Shown here one piece after another: positions 8,583 to 18,349 of a stretch of DNA of 40,000 nt; within the stretch, counting starts at the first letter, position 1; each line of letters begins with the position of its first letter. The translations under genes were made by a program, and so were the position numbers. The stretch spans positions 3,902,603 to 3,942,602 of the forward strand of contig NZ_CP064030.1 of NCBI RefSeq assembly GCF_016865235.1. Reading direction: 5' to 3'. This DNA comes from Dyella caseinilytica. GTDB lineage: Bacteria > Pseudomonadota > Gammaproteobacteria > Xanthomonadales > Rhodanobacteraceae. The notes under the pieces are model-generated. The model searched no databases, was not told where the DNA came from, and saw nothing but the letters and a program-made list of their open reading frames with translations.

Positions 8583-9877
8583 CAGGCCACGCCCTCGGCG
8601 AGCGCTGTGCTGCCCAACTCATGCGCGCGGCGGCGCTCGCGCGCCCAAAGCAGCGCACCACACACCAGCACAACGACCTGCGTCCCGACCAACAATCCGA
8701 AGCCCGCCTGGAAGCCGGCTTGATGTCCCGCCGGGAACAATCCGATCACCCAACCCATCAGCAAGGGCATGAAAGCCGAGGTCAACGCGCCAGTACCATT
8801 GGTGAAGCCAATGGCTGCCGCCACATGCTCAGGCTTAGAGTAATACTGCACAGTGCTGGGAATCGGCGGCGTCTGCAGCCCCCAGAAAAAACCGGCGGCA
8901 ATAAGGCTGTATACCGCGACGTATTTATTGCTCGCGTAGATCGCGAGCAATACCGATGCTGCGATACCGATGCTGCCCACCACGAAGATCAGCGGCACAT
9001 GCCGGCGTTTGATGCGATCGATGATGACTCCTCCCACGAGCACACCCAACACGATGGCGTACTGTGGCAGGGAGCCGAGCCACCCCATTTCGCTGACCGA
9101 GAAACCACGCGCTATTTTCAGATAGCTCGGCAACCAGCTCGCACTACCCCACAAATAAGCCAAGCATGCTGACGTGAGCAACGCGAGTGTGACCAGGTAA
9201 CGCGTGTGCAGCGCGTTGCGGAAATTCTGACTTACCACAGCCATCGCACGCGCCATCGACACCGGTGCGCGGCGATAATCCGGGCGCTCCGGCATGCGCA
9301 CGTAAAGCAGCACGAGAGGTAAGCCAATCGCGATATTGATCAAGCCCAGTACGTAAAACGAAGCGTGCCAATTAAGCATCGCAACCAACGTACTGACCAA
9401 CGGGAAGCCAATGGCGAGACCCAAACCCGTGCCCATGTTGACCAGCGAGTTGGGTTTGCCATTTTCGTCACCGCGAAAATGCGCCTTGATATACGACGAT
9501 GCCAATCCGAACAGCGGACCTTCCGAAATGCCCAGCAATACGCGCGAAAGCAACAACATGCCCATGCCAGAAAAGGAGGGCGATGTCGCCGTCACCACAC
9601 CCCAGAATACCAGCCCATAGAACAGGCTTCTGCGTACACCGAGCACCGTGGCGCAAAATGGCGTCAGGATGAAATTGGACAAGGCATAGCCAACCATGAA
9701 AGCGGTGCCAAGCATGCCCTGGCTCGCATGGTCTTCCAGCGAAAGTCCGAAGTGATCCAGGAAACCGGCGTCGGTCACCAAAACAGCGATGTTGATGCGA
9801 TCGATATAAGAGATAGCCATGATCACAAACAGCGTGATCACACCAACCCAGCGTGCATCCTTGCCCTGCATTTGCAT
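8582..9877 (-). CDS. MFS transporter (anion:cation symporter/ACS-like family)
   Basis: Multi-TM protein with the N-terminal motif WVGVITLFVIMAISYIDRINIAV typical of ACS-family MFS permeases. I prefer the ATG at 9877 (MQMQGKDARW) because GGAGG lies 7 nt upstream. Alternatives are the ATG at 9907 and the GTG at 9922. Confidence 0.8.
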   Translation of the reverse strand: MQMQGKDARWVGVITLFVIMAISYIDRINIAVLVTDAGFLDHFGLSLEDHASQGMLGTAFMVGYALSNFILTPFCATVLGVRRSLFYGLVFWGVVTATSPSFSGMGMLLLSRVLLGISEGPLFGLASSYIKAHFRGDENGKPNSLVNMGTGLGLAIGFPLVSTLVAMLNWHASFYVLGLINIAIGLPLVLLYVRMPERPDYRRAPVSMARAMAVVSQNFRNALHTRYLVTLALLTSACLAYLWGSASWLPSYLKIARGFSVSEMGWLGSLPQYAIVLGVLVGGVIIDRIKRRHVPLIFVVGSIGIAASVLLAIYASNKYVAVYSLIAAGFFWGLQTPPIPSTVQYYSKPEHVAAAIGFTNGTGALTSAFMPLLMGWVIGLFPAGHQAGFQAGFGLLVGTQVVVLVCGALLWARERRRAHELGSTALAEGVA

Positions 9878-9954
9878 TCCCTGCCCTCCACCACGTTTCA
9901 TCCGCATGAACTCGCCAGCCACCCAGGTTCATAGCTGGGCGACCACTCAGGTCA

Positions 9955-11613
9955 TCAGTACAATTTCTTCTGCGGCGGTCCGGCAAAATTCAGCGGGCCG
10001 ATAGCTGCCATATCCACCTCGACCAGCGCAGGACCAGCGTGCTGCACGGCTTCGTCCAATACGGAGCGGAAGTTCTCGATCGCATCAAGCTTACATGCGC
10101 GCATACCCATGGACTCACCCAGCTTGACGAAATCCGGGGCGTGCAATTGGTTGTAGTACTGCCGATCGCCAAAATATTTTTTCTGGATGCCGCGCATCAC
10201 GCCATAGCCGGCGTCATTCATTACCAGGAAGACGATGTCGAGGTTTTCCTGCACTGCTGTGGCAAATTCACCCAGATTAAGCATCAAGCCACCATCACCG
10301 ATCACGGCAAGCACTTTGCGCCCAGGGTTTGCGATAGCGCAGCCGATGGCATGCGGCAAACCAAGACCGATCGCACCCGCAAGCGAGTGGACATTGCGCA
10401 GCGGGCGTTCAAAGCCAAGCAGGCGACTGCCCCAGGTGCTGCCCGACATGGTGATGTCGCGTACGAAGATGCCATCCTCGGGAAGCGCCGCGCGCACGGC
10501 GTCGGAAAGGGCTGCGTACGGGCCAAGCTGTTCGCGCAGTGCTTTCTCCGCATCGGCAACCACCGCTGCCAGCGCCTGGTCACGCGCGGTGATACCGGGA
10601 CGCTGCCCCTTCTCCAGCCTGTCGGCCAGGCAAGTGAGCACCTGTGAGCAATCGCCGAGGACAAAGGTATCCATCGGATAATTGCGGTTGCACGCCGCGG
10701 GATCGATATCGATCTGCACGCACGATGCAGGTAATGCCAGCGAATAGGTTGAGGTTTCATTGCTGCGCAAGCGCGAACCGGCAACGATCAACAGATCGCT
10801 TTGCGACAGCAAGCCGGCAACACCGGCATCGTTATGGAAAGCGCGCAGACTGCGCGGATGACTGTCGGGCAGGATGCCACGGCCATGCGTACTGGACACC
10901 ACGGCGACACCAAGATCCGCCAGACGCCGCACCGCGTCGGCCGCCGCCAGAGCGCCGCCGCCAACCCACAACACGGGACGCTTCGCGCTGCGCAACCGCC
11001 GTGCGAGCGCCTCCACCGCAGCCTCGTCCATGGCCTGTCGTGCTGCTGGCAATGGCTCAAGCAGGCAAGGCAACTCGATCTGCCTGGCCTGCACGTCAAT
11101 CGGAATTTCGATGCTCACCGGGCCGCATGGCTGCCTTGCCGCTTCCTGGATGGCACGCTGCACAATCGCCACCGCCTGTTCCGGATACAAAATGCGATAG
11201 GCCGCCTTGGAGCAACCACGCAACAGGCTCATCTGGTCGCGTGTTTCATGGATGAAGCTTGCATCACGATCCAGGTATTCGCGTTCTACCTGGCCGGTAA
11301 TGTGCAACAGCGGCGCGCCTGCATTCATGGCCTCCATCAGTGCGCCGGCTGCGTTGCCTGCCCCAGCACCCGTGCTGGTGAGCGCGACACCCAGACCGCT
11401 GAAGCGACCATGCGTATCGGCCATGGCCGCCGCGCCGGCCTCGCCGCGTGCGGGCACGAAGCGGATCTTGCCACGGCGACCGATGGCGTCCGCTATCGGC
11501 AAGTTGTGGATCGAGATCACGCCATATACGGCGTTCACGCCGTAAGCCTCGAGCACGCGCACGATCGCCTCGCCGACGGTGACCTTCTCTTTCATCGCTG
11601 TTTCGATACTCAT
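9955..11613 (-). CDS. thiamine-diphosphate-dependent enzyme (acetolactate synthase large-subunit-like / 2-keto-acid decarboxylase-carboligase family)
   Basis: About 552 aa with three-domain ALS-like organisation. The N-terminus reads VGEAIVRVLEAYGVNAVYGVISIHNLP. The C-terminal TPP motif is VIGDGGLMLNLGEFATAVQENLDIVFLVMNDAGYG. The ATG at 11613 forms an ATGA overlap with the ALDH stop. The ATG at 11622 is an alternative. Confidence 0.85.
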   Translation of the reverse strand: MSIETAMKEKVTVGEAIVRVLEAYGVNAVYGVISIHNLPIADAIGRRGKIRFVPARGEAGAAAMADTHGRFSGLGVALTSTGAGAGNAAGALMEAMNAGAPLLHITGQVEREYLDRDASFIHETRDQMSLLRGCSKAAYRILYPEQAVAIVQRAIQEAARQPCGPVSIEIPIDVQARQIELPCLLEPLPAARQAMDEAAVEALARRLRSAKRPVLWVGGGALAAADAVRRLADLGVAVVSSTHGRGILPDSHPRSLRAFHNDAGVAGLLSQSDLLIVAGSRLRSNETSTYSLALPASCVQIDIDPAACNRNYPMDTFVLGDCSQVLTCLADRLEKGQRPGITARDQALAAVVADAEKALREQLGPYAALSDAVRAALPEDGIFVRDITMSGSTWGSRLLGFERPLRNVHSLAGAIGLGLPHAIGCAIANPGRKVLAVIGDGGLMLNLGEFATAVQENLDIVFLVMNDAGYGVMRGIQKKYFGDRQYYNQLHAPDFVKLGESMGMRACKLDAIENFRSVLDEAVQHAGPALVEVDMAAIGPLNFAGPPQKKLY

Positions 11614-13079
11614 CGGCTCCATCTCATCGGCGCGGTTTCCATTCCCAGGTAAATGCTCTTCTGCTGCATATAGGCCAGCACACCTTGCCTACCCTTCTCG
11701 CGGCCCAACCCGCTCTCCTTGAAACCGCCGAACGGCGTGGAGATGGAGAATTTTTTGTAGGTATTGATCCAGATCGTGCCGGCCTCCAGGCGCGCGGCCA
11801 GATTCAGGGCGCGGCGGTAATCCCCGGTCCAGATGCCCGCCGCCAGACCATAGACACTGTCGTTGGCCTCGGCGATCAGCGATGCTTCATCGTCGAACGG
11901 CATCGCCACCAGCACGGGGCCAAAGATCTCCTCACGGCACGCACGCGCCTGCGGCGACAGACCTTCAATAACCGTCGGCAGGTAATAATTGCCAAGCTCC
12001 AGGGCCGGATCGGCGGGAACAGCGCCACCGCAGCGAATGCGTCCGCCTTCTTCCAGTGCGGATGCCACATAATTTGCGACGCTTTCGCGATGCGCGCGAC
12101 TGATCAGCGGCCCCATGTGCACACCGTCCTGCTCCGGATGGCCGATGCGCAGTCCTCGCACCACGTCCTGCAGACGATTCATGAAGGCGTCGTATAGCGA
12201 CCGGTGCACCAGCAGGCGCGAACCGGCGACGCAAGCCTGCCCGGCCGAGCTGAAAATGCCATACGCCACGCCGCGCACGGCGTGCTCAAGGTCAGCATCA
12301 TCCAGCACGATCGTTGGCGATTTGCCGCCCAGTTCCAGCGACGTGGGAATGAGCTTGTCGGCGGCGATATGTGCGAGATGCCGGCCGGTGTTGGTGCCAC
12401 CGGTGAACGATATCTTGCGCACCAGCGGATGCCGCACCATCGCTTCGCCAACCACGGATCCTCGACCCGGCAATACGCTGAGCAATCCAGCTGGCAATCC
12501 GGCTTCCTCATACAAGCGAGCAAGCGCAAGCGCCGCCATCGGCGTGGCGTCGGCAGGCTTGACTACGACTGCATTGCCTGCGGCCAGCGCTGGCGCAATC
12601 TTCTGCATCTCGCTGGCGATAGGTGAGTTCCAGGGCGTAATGGCGGCAATTACACCGATCGGCTCATAGGTGCTAAAGGCCGTGAAGTCACGACTGCGCG
12701 GCGTCGGCAATTCGCCCTCCAGGGTTTCGCATACGGCGGCGAAATAGCGCGCGGTGCCGGCAGCGCTATCGACCAGCGCACGTGTCTCAGCCAACGGCTT
12801 ACCGTTGTCGCGCGTTTGCAATCGGGCCAGATCTTCACGCCGCGCTTCAATCAACGCCGCGACGCGATAAAGCACGGTGGCCCGCTGATGCGGTAGGCTT
12901 TCGCGCCACGCGGGATTACGCCAGGCGCGTTCGCCAGCTTGCACGGCATCGTCGACATCCGAGAGATCGGCCACGTGAAGTTGCACGTTGATACTTTGGT
13001 CTGCCGGAAACAGCGATGCAGTCTGCGCCCCGCGTCCCTGCCGCCACTGGCCGCCTACGAATATGCGGTCTTCGATCAT
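11610..13079 (-). CDS. NAD(P)-dependent aldehyde dehydrogenase
   Basis: The ATG at 13079 (MIEDRIFVGGQW) has an AAGGA SD upstream. ALDH hallmarks are present: ITPWNSPI, the catalytic region FSSAGQACVAGSRLLV and ELGGKSP. Confidence 0.9.
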   Translation of the reverse strand: MIEDRIFVGGQWRQGRGAQTASLFPADQSINVQLHVADLSDVDDAVQAGERAWRNPAWRESLPHQRATVLYRVAALIEARREDLARLQTRDNGKPLAETRALVDSAAGTARYFAAVCETLEGELPTPRSRDFTAFSTYEPIGVIAAITPWNSPIASEMQKIAPALAAGNAVVVKPADATPMAALALARLYEEAGLPAGLLSVLPGRGSVVGEAMVRHPLVRKISFTGGTNTGRHLAHIAADKLIPTSLELGGKSPTIVLDDADLEHAVRGVAYGIFSSAGQACVAGSRLLVHRSLYDAFMNRLQDVVRGLRIGHPEQDGVHMGPLISRAHRESVANYVASALEEGGRIRCGGAVPADPALELGNYYLPTVIEGLSPQARACREEIFGPVLVAMPFDDEASLIAEANDSVYGLAAGIWTGDYRRALNLAARLEAGTIWINTYKKFSISTPFGGFKESGLGREKGRQGVLAYMQQKSIYLGMETAPMRWSR

Positions 13080-13090
13080 GTCATTCCTTT

Positions 13091-13882
13091 TCACGCCACG
13101 GGTTCCAGCAGTTGGCGGCATGCACGTACTGCACTAAGTGCAGCGAGCATGGATGTTTTTGGGTTACTGGGCAGCGGATGGCCGGCCAGTTCAATCGACA
13201 TTTCACCGAAGGCACCGCGCGCGTGGATGCGATGCGTATTGCGATGCGTATGGGGATCCACCACCAATTGCACACGCGTTGCATCCATACCGACACCGTT
13301 CAAAGCAATCGTGGCCGCTACGTTGGCATTGGCTGGGAAAAGTCTGGCCGCCTCGCCGGCACTGCCTTCAAAGAACACCGTTGCCTTATCGACTGTATTC
13401 AGATCGACCAGCGTCTCCGCCGGAGAACCGTGCCAGCTTTGTGGACTCTTGCGTGATACGTAGAGCACTTCTTCCAGGCCGGCTTCGCGAGCGGCAGCGA
13501 GTCCATCCATGCCCGCCACTGCGCCGGAAAGAATTTTCAGCGACGAATGTCCTTTGGATGCCGCGCAGCGCAACTTCGCATAGAGCAGCGCATCGGATAA
13601 CGCACCGACCGACACCACCGCCAACGGCCAACCTTTTCGCAACACGGTTTCACCATGCTCCGCCAGGGCAGCATGCCCCGCACACTCGAGTACCAGGTCC
13701 GGCGCGGTATAGGCTTGCGTGACGCTGTCCAGTACGGCGATATCGGTATCTGCCAATTCGCCAGCAAGCTTTTCGCGAAACTCCGGTGGCACTACGACCC
13801 ACGCCACCTGAACCCCTTTAGGAAGTCGCGAGACGACTTCGCGTGCCATCGCTCCGTAGCCGATCAACATGATTTTCTTCAT
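13091..13882 (-). CDS. aspartate dehydrogenase (NadX/DUF108) family oxidoreductase
   Basis: 263 aa. The sequence MKKIMLIGYGAMAREVV (Rossmann), ECAGHAAL, VVSVGAL, LSGAVAGMDGL, FPANANVAATIALNG and PSNPKTSMLAALS matches the conserved NadX blocks as I remember them. Confidence 0.75.
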   Translation of the reverse strand: MKKIMLIGYGAMAREVVSRLPKGVQVAWVVVPPEFREKLAGELADTDIAVLDSVTQAYTAPDLVLECAGHAALAEHGETVLRKGWPLAVVSVGALSDALLYAKLRCAASKGHSSLKILSGAVAGMDGLAAAREAGLEEVLYVSRKSPQSWHGSPAETLVDLNTVDKATVFFEGSAGEAARLFPANANVAATIALNGVGMDATRVQLVVDPHTHRNTHRIHARGAFGEMSIELAGHPLPSNPKTSMLAALSAVRACRQLLEPVA

Positions 13883-13912
13883 GGTGTTGAATCCCTTCGT
13901 TATGGCGATGTA

Positions 13913-14707
13913 TCAGATCTGACGGCTGAATCCGCCGGAAACATCGATGCAACTTCCGGTGGTGTAGGACGACAAAGGCGAGGCCAGGAAGACAAGCGCC
14001 TGTGCTGGCTCCTGCGGGCGCCCCAACCGCTTCATGGGAATACCGCGGCGCTCGGCGATCCGCGCTGTCCATGCTTTCCAATCCAGATCACGCTCCGAAC
14101 GCAGCTCATAGCGCCGCCGCCATTGACCCGACTCGACCATGCCAAGCAGGATGGAATTGACACGGATGCCTTTTTCCACCAATTCGTGCGCCAGCGAATG
14201 CGTGAGGTTGAGCAAGGCCGCACGCGCCGCCGAGGTAGCGATCATGTGTGGTTCGGGCTGCAGTGCGATTAGCGAGTTGACGCAGGTCATCGAAGCGATG
14301 TCGCTCTTTTCGAGCAGCGGCTGGAACGCTTTCAGCGGGTGCAGTACGCCAAAAAGCTTCAGGCGCGTCTCGATCAGCCACTCCTCGTCGGCGGTGTCTT
14401 CCAGATTCGCAACGCGCCCTTGACCGGCGTTATTGATCAACATATCGACACTGCCAAATTGTTGTCGTACGGCGTCGGCGAAATGTTGCACGGATTCTTT
14501 GTCGAGCACGTCGCAGGCGTGGGCGAGCAGATCGGCATCGGGAAACAATTGGCGCAGCATGGCAACAGCCCTTGCCAGGCGTGTTTCGTCACGTCCGCAG
14601 AAGGCCACCCGTGCACCTTGCGACAACAGCAGACGAACGGTTTCGAAGCCAATGCCGGACGAGCCGCCCGTAACGACGGCAACACGGTCCTTGATCTGAA
14701 AAGTCAT
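13913..14707 (-). CDS. short-chain dehydrogenase/reductase (SDR)
   Basis: 264 aa. It carries the TGGSSGIG cofactor motif and NNAG, and has classical SDR length. The start forms an ATGA overlap with the upstream hydrolase stop (14704-14707). Confidence 0.85.
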   Translation of the reverse strand: MTFQIKDRVAVVTGGSSGIGFETVRLLLSQGARVAFCGRDETRLARAVAMLRQLFPDADLLAHACDVLDKESVQHFADAVRQQFGSVDMLINNAGQGRVANLEDTADEEWLIETRLKLFGVLHPLKAFQPLLEKSDIASMTCVNSLIALQPEPHMIATSAARAALLNLTHSLAHELVEKGIRVNSILLGMVESGQWRRRYELRSERDLDWKAWTARIAERRGIPMKRLGRPQEPAQALVFLASPLSSYTTGSCIDVSGGFSRQI

Positions 14708-15549
14708 GCTCGTTCCTGCTTGTATGGGACGCTGTTATCGGATGTTTGGATGAGATCCAGTACTAGCCGTGCAAATGCTTCCGGCGCATCGATATAGCTG
14801 ACGTGTCCCGCGCGCGGCAGCGGTGTGCAAGGTGCATTCATTCGCTGCGCCAGCGTCATGGCATCGGTTAGCGGAGTAATCGAATCGGCCTCGCCACAGG
14901 CGATGTGCAAAGGACCATGCCAGGCTGGCAGATAACGCCAGATGTCATCGTTCGCGAGCATCCAGTTCGCTTGGGAAAAACCTTTCAGGCGCAAGCGGCG
15001 CATCGATGTGCGCACGATCTCCAGCGCCTCTGGCTCAGGCTCGCTACGCAACAAGGCGCCTGCACGCTGTCGCGCATAAGAGGATGCGCCCAACTCGGCC
15101 AGCCGAGTCACACGTTCGCACCGTATACGCTCGCGCTCAGCCGGCTCGGCCCAGCCATAGCCCTGGGCCGGATCTGCCAGCAATACACCACGTACACGCT
15201 CCGGATAGTGGGCGGCGTACGCCGCCGCCATCATCGCGCCCAGAGAGTGGCCCACCAGATAGAACGGCTCCAGCTTCAGCGCTTCCAGCAAATCGTGCAG
15301 CGCTGCCGCGTAATGTGCAGCAGTGGGCTCAGGCGTGGCCAGCTCTTCGCTGTCGCCGTAACCGGGCGCATCCCAAGCCACCAGTCGCCCATGTCCCGCC
15401 AGTAGAGCGGTGAGACTTGCCCAGGAACCTGCCCCGGAACCGATGCCGTGCAACAGCACAATCGTCGGTCCATTGCCCACTTGGCGATAACCGATGCGCA
15501 AGCTGCGCGTATGCTGCCAGCGCTCTTCCTTGAAGCCGGAGTCGTGCAT
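14704..15549 (-). CDS. alpha/beta-fold hydrolase (candidate meta-cleavage-product C-C hydrolase)
   Basis: The ATG at 15549 (MHDSGFKEERWQHTRSLRIGYRQVGNGPTIVLLHGIGSG) lies 5 nt after the cupin stop. The nucleophile elbow GHSLGA is present. The 94 extra N-terminal codons in ORF 14704..15831 overlap the cupin gene and are rejected. Confidence 0.8.
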   Translation of the reverse strand: MHDSGFKEERWQHTRSLRIGYRQVGNGPTIVLLHGIGSGAGSWASLTALLAGHGRLVAWDAPGYGDSEELATPEPTAAHYAAALHDLLEALKLEPFYLVGHSLGAMMAAAYAAHYPERVRGVLLADPAQGYGWAEPAERERIRCERVTRLAELGASSYARQRAGALLRSEPEPEALEIVRTSMRRLRLKGFSQANWMLANDDIWRYLPAWHGPLHIACGEADSITPLTDAMTLAQRMNAPCTPLPRAGHVSYIDAPEAFARLVLDLIQTSDNSVPYKQERA

Positions 15550-15554
15550 CGGAA

Positions 15555-16055
15555 TCAAGCCTTCTCGCGCTTGATCTTCGACAGCGGATGATCCGGCGGA
15601 TAGGTTGGAATCTGTGGCTTCGACGCACCGAGCATCACGCACATCAGGGCTTCTTCCTGACCATGATTGAACAGCCCGCGATAGATGCCCGGTGGCACCG
15701 AGATCAAATCGCGCTCCTTCAACTCGGTCTCGAAGCGCTGGCCATCCTGTTCCAGCGTCAGCTGGATCTTGCCGCGTAACATGAAAAACACCTCCTCGAC
15801 GTCGCTGTGCACATGCAACGGGCCTTCGCACTGCGGTGGAAGCACCATGGTAGAGAAGGTGAAGCTGTCCGCTGGTACGGTGTTGTTATCGACGCCGATG
15901 CCAGTGCCGCCTGTTCCCATGTAACGCATTTGCGCGCGACGATACTTGGGATCGAAATCGGCCTGGAACTTCAGTGCGTCCCAGTCGTAGCTGCGCGTTT
16001 CGTAGCGTGCAACGCGCGCATTCATGCGTTCACCAAAACTCTTCTGTTCACTCAT
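15555..16055 (-). CDS. cupin-domain protein
   Basis: 166 aa with the cupin metal motif GPLHVHSDVEEVFFMLRG (H-x-H-x3-E...G) and a second motif region PPGIYRGLFNHG. Confidence 0.75.
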   Translation of the reverse strand: MSEQKSFGERMNARVARYETRSYDWDALKFQADFDPKYRRAQMRYMGTGGTGIGVDNNTVPADSFTFSTMVLPPQCEGPLHVHSDVEEVFFMLRGKIQLTLEQDGQRFETELKERDLISVPPGIYRGLFNHGQEEALMCVMLGASKPQIPTYPPDHPLSKIKREKA

Positions 16056-16162
16056 CGTTGCTCTCCGGTTATTACCTCAGACACGAAGTCCGTCCGGCGG
16101 GACGAATTCCGGCTCTTTCCATGCAACAGCACTGTCAAGTGCTGCGCCGCTTCATTTATTGC

Positions 16163-17374
16163 TCAGCGCAAGCTCATCAAATCGAAGGAAGGATCCGCAA
16201 GATTCATGGGATCGAGTTGACGGTCTGTAGCCATCCAGCGACGTCCAAGCTTGATGGCGCGCGGATCGCCAAACGACACCATGTGCTGGAGGCGCTGCTG
16301 CGGATCGAGATAGAAATAGACGTCCATACCAACGCCACCAAGACGGTGAATACATGAGCTTCCGCTGGTGTAGACACCCAATATCTGGATATTCACGCCA
16401 TACTGGTCTGACCAGAGCCATGGCTCGTCGTCGTAATTCACGTCCAGGCCAAGCATGCCGCGCGCCGCGGCTGCACCCTGGTTCTGGGCATTGGCCCACG
16501 ATTGCACGCAAATGCCATGTACAGGGTGCGTCGCCACATCACCAGCTGCGAAGATATGCGGATCGCTGCTGCGCCCCGTACCATCCACAACGATGCCCCC
16601 GCCACCGATGGTCAGACCAGCATCTTGCGCAAGCTCCACGTTGAGTTGCGCTCCAGCACCGACCAGCACCGTGTCATACGTTTCCTCACCGGCAGATGAG
16701 GCGATCCTTGCGCCGCCTTGCGGATTCGAGGACAGCGCAAGATCGCCACATGCAAGACGCAATCCTGCGCCGTGCGCGCGATGCAGAGTGGCAAGTTGAT
16801 CGGCCACTTCTGGACCTACGCTACGCCCACACAACCGGGGCGCCCGCTCATAGACCGTAGCGGAAATGCCCATCGAAAGGGCCGACGCCGTCACTTCGAG
16901 GCCAATCCAGCCGCCACCGATCACCGCCAACTGGCGGCAACTGGCAAGACGCTCGCGCAGACTCAACGCATCATCGATATTGCGCAACAGGACAACACCG
17001 CCGATTTGCGCCCACGCTGGATCCGGCAAGCGTGGACGGCTTCCGGTCGCCATCAGTAAGCGGTCATACGACAGCAAATCACCGTTATCCAGATGGACCT
17101 GGCGTGTTGTGCGATCGATTTTTGTGGCGCGCTGCGGGCGATGCCAATCGATATTCAAAATACTCGTGACATCGGCGCTGAACAGACGCAAGCTTTCCGG
17201 TTCCTGCTTGCCGGCCAACACATCTTTGGAGAGCGCTGGACGCTCATAAAAATCATGCGGTTCATCGGCGACCACGCTCAGGTGGTTGGCATAACCGAGA
17301 TCGCGCAGGGTCTTGGCCGCCCAGCCGGCCGCCTGTCCCCCGCCAATAATCACGATGCGCTCGGGTGCATTCAT
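16163..17374 (-). CDS. FAD/NAD(P)-dependent ferredoxin reductase (glutathione-reductase type, Rieske-oxygenase electron-transfer component)
   Basis: 403 aa. It has an N-terminal IVIIGGGQAAGWAA dinucleotide fold, a second GxGxxG (LAVIGGGWIGLE) and FAAGDV. This matches BphA4/CamA-like reductases. Confidence 0.85.
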   Translation of the reverse strand: MNAPERIVIIGGGQAAGWAAKTLRDLGYANHLSVVADEPHDFYERPALSKDVLAGKQEPESLRLFSADVTSILNIDWHRPQRATKIDRTTRQVHLDNGDLLSYDRLLMATGSRPRLPDPAWAQIGGVVLLRNIDDALSLRERLASCRQLAVIGGGWIGLEVTASALSMGISATVYERAPRLCGRSVGPEVADQLATLHRAHGAGLRLACGDLALSSNPQGGARIASSAGEETYDTVLVGAGAQLNVELAQDAGLTIGGGGIVVDGTGRSSDPHIFAAGDVATHPVHGICVQSWANAQNQGAAAARGMLGLDVNYDDEPWLWSDQYGVNIQILGVYTSGSSCIHRLGGVGMDVYFYLDPQQRLQHMVSFGDPRAIKLGRRWMATDRQLDPMNLADPSFDLMSLR

Positions 17375-18312
17375 GCGCGCACCTGCCGCCGCGTGGCCGC
17401 ATCGATACCACCCTCAACGGCCCATTCGGTAAACGATTCGACCGAGTGCTGCAATTCGCGCGGAGCCCACGCTTCGGTGAGATGGTCCTCGTTGGTATAG
17501 AACTCGAACGCGCCACCCGCTGGGCTCTTGACGTACCAGAAATACGCCGAGGAAATCGGGTGACGCCCCGGACCAAGGAAGGTTGCCCAACCGGCGCGGC
17601 TCATGGCGAGACCACCACCGAAGACCTCGTGGATATCGCGTACGGTAAATGCCACATGGTTGAGTCCACGCGGCTTACCCGGCACGTGTAGCAGGAACAG
17701 GTTGTGATGACCTGCTCGCGCAGCTGTGCGCAGGAACACGCCTTTGCCCACGTAGCGGTCTGAAACATGGAATCCGAGCTTCTCGCGATAGAACTGTTCG
17801 ACCTTGTCCAGCTCTTCAACAAAAAACACCGCATGTCCGATGCCGATCGGCGTCGCTTTGTCGTAAACCGGACTGGGCTGATCGACGCGGCGAGCATCTC
17901 CCCATTGGTTGATTGGCACGACATCGAGCGTTACGTCGCGCAATGCGCTCACACGAAAACGCAAGGTCATACCGTTAGGGTCGCGGCAGGTGAGCGAGGT
18001 TTCATCGCGTACAAATCCGGGAACATCTGCCAGCTCTTCAGCCAGACGATTCAGTGCATCCGCCGAAGCAAGGCCCCAGGTGACCCGGCGCATGGTGGAA
18101 CCATTTTCAAAAGCGGGTGGAAGGCGTGCGTCATCGATCGGATAGAGCGATACGCGGCTGCCATTGAGCGCTTCGAAGCAAATCGCACCTTCGCTGCCCG
18201 GTGCACACGGAACCGGGGTCAGACCAAAGTCGCATATAAATTGTTCGCATTTCGCGAGGTTCTCGACGCCGAATTCGTATTCTTCGATTCCCAGGATGTC
18301 CATATCGTGCAC
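17371..18312 (-). CDS. two-domain VOC-superfamily extradiol ring-cleavage dioxygenase-like protein
   Basis: 313 aa with two glyoxalase/VOC modules. The C-terminal module carries HVAFTV...GPGRHPISSAYFWYVKSPAGGAFEFY, which resembles the type I extradiol dioxygenase signature region. Its stop overlaps the reductase start as ATGA (17371-17374). Confidence 0.75.
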   Translation of the reverse strand: MHDMDILGIEEYEFGVENLAKCEQFICDFGLTPVPCAPGSEGAICFEALNGSRVSLYPIDDARLPPAFENGSTMRRVTWGLASADALNRLAEELADVPGFVRDETSLTCRDPNGMTLRFRVSALRDVTLDVVPINQWGDARRVDQPSPVYDKATPIGIGHAVFFVEELDKVEQFYREKLGFHVSDRYVGKGVFLRTAARAGHHNLFLLHVPGKPRGLNHVAFTVRDIHEVFGGGLAMSRAGWATFLGPGRHPISSAYFWYVKSPAGGAFEFYTNEDHLTEAWAPRELQHSVESFTEWAVEGGIDAATRRQVRA

Positions 18313-18349
18313 GTCCTTTAAAAACTTGTTGATTCATGGCGTACGCGCT

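Noticed and set aside
14704-15831. Long N-terminal extensions offered by the ORF track (also 19915..21345, 3234..4133, 4604..7459, 30180..31169, 28452..29147)
   Set aside because: The extensions overlap the preceding gene or intergenic hairpins. They are Arg/Pro-rich and end at internal ATGs that align with the family N-termini and sit just after the upstream stop codon.
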